The notes under the pieces: generated by a model
Seen by the model: the letters and a program-made list of their open reading frames with translations, nothing else
Databases searched by the model: none
What the model was told of the DNA's origin: nothing
Shown here: piece by piece, positions 48,399 to 57,303 of the stretch
How the letters are laid out: the number at the start of each line of letters is the position of its first letter
Numbering within the stretch: position 1 is the first letter of the stretch
Translations under genes and position numbers: made by a program
Source: an uncultured Cyclobacterium sp.
Lineage (GTDB): Bacteria > Bacteroidota > Bacteroidia > Cytophagales > Cyclobacteriaceae
DNA: 64,000 bases
Direction of reading: 5' to 3'
NCBI RefSeq assembly: GCF_963976465.1
Contig: NZ_CAXBOC010000001.1
Location: forward strand, 1,103-65,102

Positions 48399-49223
48399 AT
48401 GATATATACAGGCAAGCAAAACGAATATTTTGAAATTCAATCCATTGACTCTACTAACTGTAAACACCTGTTAGAAAGTCAGCCGGAGGTTTTAAAATTG
48501 ATCTGGTTTACCTCAGATAATAATAAACTACTAATTGATGGGATTCCTTATACTTTCAATAAAAATGAGTTATTAAGCTTGTCGCAGCTCAATAAACTGG
48601 AATTCAAGAAAATCAATACCATCAATTTATTAAGGTTCAACCGGCAATTTTATTGTATTTTGGATCACGACAGTGAGGTCAGTTGTAAGGGCGTTTTGTA
48701 TTATGGAGCTGCTACTCCACCCATTATAAAGGCAGCCGACAAGGAACTGGAAATACTCGAAACGGCTTGGAAAATGGCCGTGCTTGAGTTCGAAATGAAG
48801 GATGACCTTCAATTAGAGATGCTTCAGATGATGCTTAAGCGGATACTTATCTTATGTACCCGTATTTTTAAAAGGCAGCAGTATCACGAAAGTCCTACTC
48901 CTAAACAAAATGATTTATTCAGGGAGTTTAACTATTTGGTAGAAACACATTTCAGAGAAAAGCACAGCGTGGCCGAATATTCAGAACTGCTCTTTAAAGC
49001 CCCTAAAACCATTTCAAATACTTTTAAAAAATTAAGTAAAAAAACGCCTTTGCAGGTGATTCAGGAAAGGATTATGTTGGAGGCTAGAAGGTTATTGTAT
49101 TATACAGAAAAGGACGTTTCAGAGATAGGTTATGAGCTAGGATTTCAGGACATTCAATCCTTTAGCAGGTTCTTTAAAAACCAAATTGGGATATCTCCTT
49201 CGGAATTTAGGGAGAAAAAATAA
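48399..49223 (+). CDS. AraC-family transcriptional regulator
   Basis: 274 aa. C-terminal double HTH (SVAEYSELLFKAPKTISNTFKK ... VSEIGYELGFQDIQSFSRFFKNQIGISPSEFR). Confidence 0.85.
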   Translation: MIYTGKQNEYFEIQSIDSTNCKHLLESQPEVLKLIWFTSDNNKLLIDGIPYTFNKNELLSLSQLNKLEFKKINTINLLRFNRQFYCILDHDSEVSCKGVLYYGAATPPIIKAADKELEILETAWKMAVLEFEMKDDLQLEMLQMMLKRILILCTRIFKRQQYHESPTPKQNDLFREFNYLVETHFREKHSVAEYSELLFKAPKTISNTFKKLSKKTPLQVIQERIMLEARRLLYYTEKDVSEIGYELGFQDIQSFSRFFKNQIGISPSEFREKK

Positions 49224-49247
49224 TGGCTTCATTTCCTGATTCCTTTT

Positions 49248-49487
49248 CTGGTCTAAGTTTAGCGGCGCGTAACTTAGACCTAAAATGAGAAAGTTTTCAA
49301 CCTTCAAAACATAGACTTACAATAGCAAAATCCACGAAGTAATGTTTTGAAGGTTATGGAAATTCTATTTCCTACCCATAAAACCATTATATTTTAGTAA
49401 AAAAAAGGCCCTTTATGTCTTACTCAAGTTGAAAACTTGAACGATGCTGGGACGAAGTTGCTGCTATCGCTCAAACTTCGACCAGTA
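49248..49487 (-). mobile_element. Internally deleted RAYT element (A3, rayT remnant, B3)
   Basis: A3 hairpin 49250-49280. Minus-sense ATGGGTAGGAAATAG (MGRK*) matches the rayT start ATGGGCAGAAAATAT (MGRKY). B3 at 49395-49487. Confidence 0.65.
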
Positions 49488-49501
49488 ACGACATTTTTTA
49501 A

Positions 49502-49654
49502 TCAGTGGTATGCACTTGCATAATATCCGGTGGCCACAGCCTTAATGATTGCAATGGGAGTTAATAGTACCGTCAAAATCACAGGCTTTAGGGCAAACTT
49601 AAGCCAGAATTGTACGAGATACCACTGATGGATAGGACTGCCATTAGGTGCCAT
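49502..49654 (-). CDS. Candidate 50-aa hydrophobic small protein (below the ORF-track cutoff)
   Basis: Own translation: MAPNGSPIHQWYLVQFWLKFALKPVILTVLLTPIAIIKAVATGYYASAYH*. Lies 40 nt downstream of, and co-directional with, the MazG-like gene. Confidence 0.25.
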   Translation of the reverse strand: MAPNGSPIHQWYLVQFWLKFALKPVILTVLLTPIAIIKAVATGYYASAYH

Positions 49655-49694
49655 TGGTAGGGACAATGAAGTCAGTCCTTACTGCGTGTAAAGT

Positions 49695-50165
49695 TTATGG
49701 GCGTTTTAAAAGAGAAGCCAAATCCGCAGGAGAGTAGTTAATGGACTTTAGTGTTTTATTGTCTTCCTTGCGATAAACCAAAAACACCTCATCAGATTTA
49801 ACATAATAGCAGTCGGTGCCTTTACTTTGGTAATGTGCAACTGTGGCTTTTGCCTCCTCTTCATTTTTACAGGCTTTGCTCATATTGGATCTTTGAACCT
49901 CATCAAAAAGGCTTTTGAATTGATCTGCCAAGCCAAACTCCAATACTGCTCCGGACAATACATACTGGATATCACAAAGTGCATCGGCTACTTCTACTAG
50001 GTCGTCATTTGCAATGGCTTCTTCCAATTCCTTTAATTCTTCAGCGATTAACGAAACCCGAAGTTTGCAGCGGGATTTATCAGGAATAACCGGTGAAGGC
50101 AAAATAGGGTGCTTAAAGGTCTGGTGAAAATCGGCTACTGCTGTTAAAGTCTTGGGATCTTTCAT
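49695..50165 (-). CDS. MazG-like nucleotide pyrophosphohydrolase family protein
   Basis: 156 aa. All-alpha EExxE/D pattern (LIAEELKELEEAI ... DALCDIQY). Confidence 0.6.
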   Translation of the reverse strand: MKDPKTLTAVADFHQTFKHPILPSPVIPDKSRCKLRVSLIAEELKELEEAIANDDLVEVADALCDIQYVLSGAVLEFGLADQFKSLFDEVQRSNMSKACKNEEEAKATVAHYQSKGTDCYYVKSDEVFLVYRKEDNKTLKSINYSPADLASLLKRP

Positions 50166-50536
50166 GGTGATTTATTCTTCTGGTTTCAAAGAAAAAAAAT
50201 GTTGGCTTATGAAACCAGTATATGTCAAATTAATTAATCAAAAGAAGCACTTTGATTTCCGGAGTTTCAATTGAATAAAACTGAAATTGCATTTTACACC
50301 TTTTTCCGGCCAGATATGATCCTTCGGAAAGGTGGTCAATTTCCCTGCCCCTCTATAAGGATTTATTCATTTATTTTTAACGAAAATAAACAAGGGCTTA
50401 ACCAGCAGTTTATTAGGGGATTATGAAATTGAATGACTTTATCTATTAAATAAGAGTTAATTTTAGCAGTTGTTTTTTTAAGCATTGTGAATTAAAATAA
50501 TTATTATTAAGAGACTTTTACTTTCAAATTAGCTTT

Positions 50537-51898
50537 ATGGCAAAACGGGCAACAAGTAGTACCTCGAAAATTTTTGTACTCGATACATCGGTCATTTTAT
50601 ATGATCACCATTCCATTATGAATTTTGAAGAACACGATATAGTCATTCCAATTACCGTATTGGAGGAGCTGGATCAGTTTAAAAAAGGGAATGATACCAA
50701 GAACTTTGAATCCCGGGAATTTATTCGGCTTCTAGACAAACTTTCCGAAGACCAGATGATTCAAAATTGGACACCTTTGAATGGAAAAAACAAGGGTTCC
50801 TTTAAAATCATGATGAACCCGGAGAATAAGCTCAATGCCAATGAGATCTTTGGCGAAGAAAAGAATGACCATAAGATTTTAAATGCGGCCTTAAGCCTTA
50901 AGCAAACGGAGACCAACAGAAAAGTCATCTTGGTGAGCAAGGACATCAACTTAAGGTTGAAGGCCAAGTCCTTGGACATTGCAGCGGAGGATTATGAAAC
51001 GGGGAAGATTAAGAATATTAGTGAAATAGAAAATACCGGCAAGGGGATTATTGACAATTTAGACAATGAAATAATTGATGACCTGTACGAAAAAGGTAGC
51101 CTTACGGGAGCAAAAGTTTTTGGGAAAAGGAGAAAAAACCTGCCGGAAAACAATACTTTTTATATTTTGAAGGGCTTGGAAAGCAATGCTTCCATCCTGG
51201 CCTTTTATCATGCAGCGCAAAATGATTTCTCAAAAATATCAAAGACAAAAGCTTACAATATAGGTCCTAAAAATGCCGAGCAGGCCTTTGCTCTGAATGC
51301 CATATTGGACCCCAATATAAAGCTGATGACCATTCAGGGAGTGGCAGGTACAGGTAAAACCTTGCTGGCACTTGCCGGTGCTTTGGAGCAGCGCAAAGAT
51401 TACAAACAAATATTTTTGGCTCGACCAATTGTGCCTTTGAGCAATAAAGACATTGGTTATCTGCCTGGGGACATCAAGTCCAAATTAAACCCCTATATGG
51501 AGCCTCTATGGGACAATTTAAAGTTTATCCAAAACCAATACCAAGAAACCGATAAGGAATACCAAAGGATTAATGACATGATCAATCAGGAAAAATTGGT
51601 CATTCAACCACTTGCTTATATTCGAGGACGTAGCTTGTCCAATATTTTCTTTATTGTGGATGAGGCCCAGAATTTAACCCCTCATGAGGTGAAAACCATC
51701 ATTACCAGAGCGGGGGAGAATACAAAAATAATTTTTACCGGTGATGTTTTCCAGATCGATACACCTTATCTGGATAGTCAAAGCAATGGCTTGTCTTACC
51801 TGATAGATAGGGTAAGAAAACATCCGCTATATGCACACATTAAACTAGAAAAAGGGGAAAGGTCTGAATTGGCCAATTTAGCCAATGACTTGCTTTAA
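50537..51898 (+). CDS. PIN-domain + PhoH-like ATPase (YlaK-type)
   Basis: 453 aa. N-terminal PIN (FVLDTSVIL...). Walker A GVAGTGKT, Walker B FFIVDEAQN. Confidence 0.85.
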   Translation: MAKRATSSTSKIFVLDTSVILYDHHSIMNFEEHDIVIPITVLEELDQFKKGNDTKNFESREFIRLLDKLSEDQMIQNWTPLNGKNKGSFKIMMNPENKLNANEIFGEEKNDHKILNAALSLKQTETNRKVILVSKDINLRLKAKSLDIAAEDYETGKIKNISEIENTGKGIIDNLDNEIIDDLYEKGSLTGAKVFGKRRKNLPENNTFYILKGLESNASILAFYHAAQNDFSKISKTKAYNIGPKNAEQAFALNAILDPNIKLMTIQGVAGTGKTLLALAGALEQRKDYKQIFLARPIVPLSNKDIGYLPGDIKSKLNPYMEPLWDNLKFIQNQYQETDKEYQRINDMINQEKLVIQPLAYIRGRSLSNIFFIVDEAQNLTPHEVKTIITRAGENTKIIFTGDVFQIDTPYLDSQSNGLSYLIDRVRKHPLYAHIKLEKGERSELANLANDLL

Positions 51899-51901
51899 TA
51901 G

Positions 51902-51934
51902 GGAATATGCAACAGGTTTACTATTGCATATTCC
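51902..51934. terminator. Hairpin between convergent phoH-like and response-regulator genes
   Basis: Perfect 11-bp stem GGAATATGCAA (51902-51912) / TTGCATATTCC (51924-51934). No clear U tract. Confidence 0.45.
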
Positions 51935-51950
51935 ATGTCTAATATTTTAA

Positions 51951-52706
51951 TTAACTTTCAGTAATGGTGTTGAGCTTGGCCAGAAAGCTGTTGTAATACT
52001 GCCTTCCCACTTGTACGACATCACCTGTTCTCAAATTTATTTCTTTAGTGTTAAAGCTTTCTATTTGAGCCAATTGAACAATGTAGGACTTTTGTACCCT
52101 CAAGAACAAATTTGAAGGTAGTTTTTCTTCCATGTCCTTCATAGATTTCCTTATGGTGAAATTTCTGTTTTTAGAGAATATTGTCACCATGTTGCCATTT
52201 GCTTCCACATAATAAATGTCGCTATAGTCTACCCTTTCAAAACTATTGTCAGCTTTGATATAGACTGCATCTATTACCAGGTAAGGGCTTTCTGCAATTT
52301 TTGAAGAACCACTGTCAGATAAAGCCGGCCTTGTCCTTTGGTTATATAGCACAATTTCAACCATGGCGTGGATGTCATTGCTATTAAAAGGTTTGACGAT
52401 AAACCCAGCAGGGTGCGTTCTTTTTGCTCTTTCTATAATGGCAGGATCGCTATAAGAGGTTACATATACAATTGGTGCATCCACCATTTGCTGTATTATT
52501 TCTCCCAATTCAATACCATCCTTGTCCCCTTTCAACTTGATATCCATAAATACCATGTCAGGCCGGTACTTCTTTACTACTTTGATGGCTTGGTTTGCAG
52601 AATTGGCGATATCAATATTTACATAACCTAAAAGTTGTAATATTTCTTCAATGTTTTCAGAAATATTTACATCGTCCTCAACGATCAGTATTCGTTCTTC
52701 TTTCAT
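51951..52706 (-). CDS. LytTR-family response regulator
   Basis: 251 aa. Receiver domain (ILIVEDD ... FMDIKL). C-terminal LytTR DNA-binding domain. Confidence 0.8.
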   Translation of the reverse strand: MKEERILIVEDDVNISENIEEILQLLGYVNIDIANSANQAIKVVKKYRPDMVFMDIKLKGDKDGIELGEIIQQMVDAPIVYVTSYSDPAIIERAKRTHPAGFIVKPFNSNDIHAMVEIVLYNQRTRPALSDSGSSKIAESPYLVIDAVYIKADNSFERVDYSDIYYVEANGNMVTIFSKNRNFTIRKSMKDMEEKLPSNLFLRVQKSYIVQLAQIESFNTKEINLRTGDVVQVGRQYYNSFLAKLNTITES

Positions 52707-52834
52707 TTCTATACTGTTTTAATTGAAAAATCTAAAAATTAACACTCCAACGAAATTTACAAATAAAATACATATAAATGCACAGAACAACCAATTAACT
52801 GACCATTTGATTTCAATATTTTTTATTAAAATGA

Positions 52835-53569
52835 TTATAAACTCATCAGATCCTTAAATCTTGCTGCCTGTCTTCTACTCACTTCAATTCGTTCGCCCCC
52901 TTTTAAGGTCACTACCAGACCTCCATTAAACCATGGTTCAATACTTTCTACCCAACTTAAGTTAATAATATGTTTTCTGCTTGCTCTAAAGAAAGATTTT
53001 TCATCCAGTCGCTCGTCTAGTGCATTGAGTGATTTATGAATCATTGGCTTGTTTTTCTCAAAATAGACTTTGATATAGTTGCCATCAGATTCAAATAACC
53101 TCACGTTTGCCAATTTTACAAACCAACATTTGTCTCCATCTTTGACGAAAACCTGATCGTTTAAAGAGAGTTTGTCCTTAGGTAAATCAACCTCTTGGGC
53201 TTCTTCTTTCTTTAATTCTTCAAGTTTTTTCTCAAGCTTTTTAAGTGTTTCAGTTAATCTATCCGGTTCAATTGGCTTTAGCAAATAATCTAATGCGTTT
53301 ACTTGAAATGCCTGCAGGGCAAATTCATCATACGCGGTTATGAATACAACCAAAGGAACAAAATCTAATTCCTCCAGTAGGTCAAAACCTGTTTTTTCAG
53401 GCATCTGAATATCCAAAAACACAACATCAGGTTGTAGGGATTCAATTTTTTCCTTGGCTTCATCCACATTCGGTGCCTCTCCAAGAATCTCTATATTGTC
53501 ATTTTGACCAAGCAAACTGATAAGCTCTTTTCTAGCCAATCTTTCATCATCTACTACTAATACACGCAT
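52835..53569 (-). CDS. LytTR-family response regulator
   Basis: 244 aa. Receiver domain (VLVVDDE ... FLDIQMP). C-terminal LytTR domain (FFRASRKHIINL). Confidence 0.85.
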   Translation of the reverse strand: MRVLVVDDERLARKELISLLGQNDNIEILGEAPNVDEAKEKIESLQPDVVFLDIQMPEKTGFDLLEELDFVPLVVFITAYDEFALQAFQVNALDYLLKPIEPDRLTETLKKLEKKLEELKKEEAQEVDLPKDKLSLNDQVFVKDGDKCWFVKLANVRLFESDGNYIKVYFEKNKPMIHKSLNALDERLDEKSFFRASRKHIINLSWVESIEPWFNGGLVVTLKGGERIEVSRRQAARFKDLMSL

Positions 53570-53592
53570 ACTATTTATATTTTAACCTAAAT

Positions 53593-54633
53593 TTAACCTT
53601 TTTGTTTTGGTATTTTTATTTCTGTAACCACAAATTCATTTCCATAATTGAAAATTTTGAATGAGGCCTTGTTTCCAAAAATAAGTTTTAACCGTTGAAT
53701 GGTGTTGGCGATGCCGTGGCCCTCGCCTTTTTTCTTGGGTGTCCCTGATGGTTTTAATTGACCACTGTTTCTAACCCAAATGTATAAATCATCTAGTAAG
53801 CCCACAGTACACTTGACTTCTATAATCCCGCCTTTCATCAAATTTGAAATACCATGTTTGATGGCATTTTCAACGATGGTCTGTAGCATCATTGGTGGAA
53901 TGCGGTATTGATTGGTTTTGGGTTCTACATCATAAATCACTTTTAACCGCTCCTCAAAACGTATAGATTCAAGGTTTAGGTAGTCTTTTACTGTCTTCAT
54001 CTCTTCAGACAAAGGGATGGTCTTGTGCTTGTCTACTACCAAAGAATACCTTAAAATATTGGACAGTTGGGTAATTGCAGATTTTGCTTTGATTGGATCC
54101 TCATCCACTAAGGCACGAACACTGTTCAATGCATTAAAGATAAAGTGTGGATTTAACTGATTGCGTAGATGGATCAATTTGATTTCATTGATTCTTGCTT
54201 GGTATTGCAGGCTGGAATTGTAATTGTCCAGGAAATAAAATAGAAAATAAAGCAATGACCATAAAGAATAATAAAGAAAGCTGGTAAAAAGGTTAACCAT
54301 CAAGACCAAGGGCCTAAAATCTTGAGGATAATGTAAAGTGCCAAATACCCAGTTGATCAGGATTTGAGAAAAAGTATTCATTAAGCTCAAGATCAAAACA
54401 GCCGTCAGTACATGACTTATCAGCTTAGTGGTGGGAAATTCAAGCCAACTATTGTGTTTGATTTGGTGCCGAAAAAAATGGGTAGAAGCAAAATAGATTA
54501 TTGCCAAAGAAAAATACGCGCCAATTTGAATAGGGGTGATCCCCCGAGCCATGGATGCAAAAAACAGGTTGACCAAAGCAAAGCTCAGCCAACCAAAAAT
54601 TTGTAACAACCAATATAGCTTGTTTTTATTCAT
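53593..54633 (-). CDS. LytS/YehU-type sensor histidine kinase
   Basis: 346 aa. About 4-5 N-terminal TM helices. H-box LNPHFIFNALNSV. ATPase N and G boxes. Confidence 0.8.
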   Translation of the reverse strand: MNKNKLYWLLQIFGWLSFALVNLFFASMARGITPIQIGAYFSLAIIYFASTHFFRHQIKHNSWLEFPTTKLISHVLTAVLILSLMNTFSQILINWVFGTLHYPQDFRPLVLMVNLFTSFLYYSLWSLLYFLFYFLDNYNSSLQYQARINEIKLIHLRNQLNPHFIFNALNSVRALVDEDPIKAKSAITQLSNILRYSLVVDKHKTIPLSEEMKTVKDYLNLESIRFEERLKVIYDVEPKTNQYRIPPMMLQTIVENAIKHGISNLMKGGIIEVKCTVGLLDDLYIWVRNSGQLKPSGTPKKKGEGHGIANTIQRLKLIFGNKASFKIFNYGNEFVVTEIKIPKQKG

Positions 54634-54665
54634 TCAAGTCCCTACTTCCTCCGGCGGATATGTGT

Positions 54666-55637
54666 TTACTGTATTGAGGCCGATTTGTTCAAAGGTATTT
54701 TGTCAAGAATTTTATTAATCAAATCACGGGTGCTTACATTGTCAGCCTCTGCTTCATAGTTTAGGATTATCCTGTGATTCAGCACATCTTCTGCCACCTC
54801 CTTGATGTCTTCAGGCAAAACATAGTCTCTTCCTTGCATAAAAGCATTGGCTTTGGCCGCTAGGTTAAGATTTATGGATGCTCTGGGAGATGCACCGAAT
54901 TGTATGTATTTTGCCTCTTCATGCATGCCGTATTTTTCAGGGTATCTGGTGGAAAAGACAATCTCAATGATGTAATTCTCTAATGCCTCTGCAATTTGAA
55001 CTTCATTGATGGCGGTTCTTATATCGAAAATTTCCTCTTTGTTTAAAATGGGTTGTACCTCTGAAATGAATTTTGAATTGGTCATTCTTCGCATTACCTC
55101 CAATTCATCCGCTTTCGAAGGGTATTCTATATTTACCTTCATCATAAACCTATCTACCTGCGCTTCTGGTAATGGGTAAGTTCCTTCTTGGTCTACAGGG
55201 TTTTGGGTGGCCAAAACCAAAAAAGGCTTGTCAAGGGAAAAGGTGTTTTCACCAATGGTAACTTGTTTTTCCTGCATCGCTTCGAGCAAAGCAGATTGCA
55301 CTTTCGCAGGAGATCTGTTAATCTCATCAGCTAAGATTATATTAGAAAATATCGGACCCTTTTTTACTTCAAAATTGGCGTTCAATTGATTGTAGATCAT
55401 GGTACCTATCAAGTCAGCAGGTAACAGGTCTGGGGTAAATTGAATACGCTTAAAATCCAGATGAAGCACTTTCGAAAGTGTGTTAACTGTCAGGGTTTTG
55501 GCAAGGCCCGGGACCCCTTCTAATAAAATGTGTCCGTTGGTAAACAAGCCTATTAAGAGTCTGTTGACCATCTTTTCCTGACCAACTACTATCTTTTTTA
55601 CTTCGTTTATAACTTCCTGAATCTTCTCCTGATGCAT
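54666..55637 (-). CDS. MoxR-family AAA+ ATPase
   Basis: 323 aa. Walker A GVPGLAKT, Walker B ILADEINR. QNPVDQEGTYPLPEAQVDRF signature. Confidence 0.9.
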   Translation of the reverse strand: MHQEKIQEVINEVKKIVVGQEKMVNRLLIGLFTNGHILLEGVPGLAKTLTVNTLSKVLHLDFKRIQFTPDLLPADLIGTMIYNQLNANFEVKKGPIFSNIILADEINRSPAKVQSALLEAMQEKQVTIGENTFSLDKPFLVLATQNPVDQEGTYPLPEAQVDRFMMKVNIEYPSKADELEVMRRMTNSKFISEVQPILNKEEIFDIRTAINEVQIAEALENYIIEIVFSTRYPEKYGMHEEAKYIQFGASPRASINLNLAAKANAFMQGRDYVLPEDIKEVAEDVLNHRIILNYEAEADNVSTRDLINKILDKIPLNKSASIQ

Positions 55638-55713
55638 AATGGATATTTGAAATTTCTATTGATATTTTGCCTATAAGAAGCCTAAATTAGAATAAAACAT
55701 TCTTTATCACAAT

Positions 55714-56370
55714 TTAGAACCTTTTCTTCTTTTTCATTTTTCTACTATTGGTACTTTTATAGTGCTCTCCGGAATGTGGTTTACCGGAAATCCCTAAAGA
55801 AGAATAAATGGATTTTTGATCAAAAGACCTAACTTCCCCTACTTCAAATCCTTCAATCGTTAAATTTTCTACTGACCATCTGACCAAACGGAGTGTTGGA
55901 AAGCCTACGGCTGCAGTCATTTTCCTTACCTGTCTATTTTTACCTTCCTTAAGGCTTATAGCTACCCAAGAGTCAGGAACATTTTTTCTATAACGAATAG
56001 GAGGGTTCCTTTCCGGTAACAGCTGTTCAATGTCTTGAATTAATTTTGCCTTGGCTTTTAAGGTTTTATGGGGTTTTTTATTCACAGTTATGATTACCCC
56101 TTGCTCCAGGTCTCGCACAGCCTTGTCTGTGATTTCTCCTTCTACCTGCACCCAATAAGTTCTTTCATGCAAATAAGTAGGGTCAAGTAATAAGTGATTG
56201 AGTTGTTTGTCATTGGTTAAAATGAGTAAGCCTTCACTGTCTTTGTCTAACCTTCCTACAGGGTAGACGTCGGAAGGGAAATCTCCAAGTAAGCCCAGCG
56301 TGTTTCCTTCACCACTAAATTGACTCAAAACGCCAAAAGGCTTATAAATGATATAATAACTAAATGACAT
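55714..56370 (-). CDS. RsuA/RluE-family pseudouridine synthase (no S4 domain)
   Basis: 218 aa. Catalytic VGRLDKDSEGLLILTND. Basic C-terminal tail. Confidence 0.8.
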   Translation of the reverse strand: MSFSYYIIYKPFGVLSQFSGEGNTLGLLGDFPSDVYPVGRLDKDSEGLLILTNDKQLNHLLLDPTYLHERTYWVQVEGEITDKAVRDLEQGVIITVNKKPHKTLKAKAKLIQDIEQLLPERNPPIRYRKNVPDSWVAISLKEGKNRQVRKMTAAVGFPTLRLVRWSVENLTIEGFEVGEVRSFDQKSIYSSLGISGKPHSGEHYKSTNSRKMKKKKRF

Positions 56371-56380
56371 ATGATTTGGC

Positions 56381-57217
56381 TTACCTCAGCAATTGAAATA
56401 ATTCGTTTAATTGAGGGGTAAGAATAATTTCTGTCCTCCGGTTTTTTGCCCTTCCCTCAGGAGTTTCATTGGATGCTTTGGGGTAATAAAAACTCCTTCC
56501 AGCTGCTGTTACTCGTTCTGGCTGTACATCATATGCATTGGTTAAAACACGAACAATGGCCGTTGCTCTGGCTGTACTTAATGCCCAATTGTCCTCAAAT
56601 CTACCCCTGATTGGTACATTGTCAGTGTGCCCTTCTACCAATATTTGAATGTCCGGACTGTTGCTTATCACTGCTGCTAATTTGCTCAAAGCTTCTTTTC
56701 CCTCTTTATTTACAGTGGCACTTCCTGAAGGAAATAATAACTTGTCTTGTAAGGAAACATACAATTTTCCATCTTGTTCATAGACTTGAAGTTCATCAGA
56801 TCGGTATTGAACCAAGGCTTTATCAATGGTTGTTTTTAAACCTTCCATAATCGCTCTTTGTTCGTCCAGCAGGTTTTGCAACAGGTCAAGCCTTTCTTGT
56901 TGTTCCAGCATCCTTTGTTCCTTTGCAGTCAGCTCTTGCTGCACAGAAGAAGAAGTTGCAATGGCCCTTTCAAGTTTGGCTTCTAGTGCTTCGTTTTTTC
57001 TATTAGAAGCCTCCAAGTCTTCTTCCAGCTTATCGGCCTTTTTAACAAAGGCTTCAAGGCTATTGTTGGTGCTGTCCAGCTTGTTTTCCGTCGTTCTTAA
57101 AGAACGCATCATTTCTGCATTCCTTATGTTTACTTCGTTGTATTTCTTCTGCGGTACGCATGCATACCACAATGGTAGGATCAATACGATACTTCGAAAA
57201 ATAATCTTGTTCCACAT
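56381..57217 (-). CDS. OmpA/MotB-domain protein with long coiled coil
   Basis: 278 aa. N-terminal anchor, E/K/L-rich heptad region. C-terminal OmpA-like GHTDNVPI...NWALSTARA...NRRTEI. Confidence 0.8.
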   Translation of the reverse strand: MWNKIIFRSIVLILPLWYACVPQKKYNEVNIRNAEMMRSLRTTENKLDSTNNSLEAFVKKADKLEEDLEASNRKNEALEAKLERAIATSSSVQQELTAKEQRMLEQQERLDLLQNLLDEQRAIMEGLKTTIDKALVQYRSDELQVYEQDGKLYVSLQDKLLFPSGSATVNKEGKEALSKLAAVISNSPDIQILVEGHTDNVPIRGRFEDNWALSTARATAIVRVLTNAYDVQPERVTAAGRSFYYPKASNETPEGRAKNRRTEIILTPQLNELFQLLR

Positions 57218-57303
57218 AATTGTCTTGTTTTAAGTAATCTGTAACGAAAAACATACCAATTTAATGGCTTCTCTTCGAAATTTGGCATTTTTGCACAAAT
57301 AGT

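Noticed and set aside
50166-50536. 370-nt AT-rich intergenic region with hairpins CTGGTTTCA...TGAAACCAG (50181-50219) and CACCTTTTTCCG...CGGAAAGGTG
   Set aside because: It lies in the divergent promoter region between the MazG-like and PhoH-like genes. The hairpins are isolated, not repeated elsewhere in the window, and match no motif I recognise.
54666-55637. Calling this moxR the head of a Bat aerotolerance operon
   Set aside because: No DUF58, vWA (batA/batB) or TPR (batC-E) genes follow it. The next genes are a histidine kinase and response regulators.
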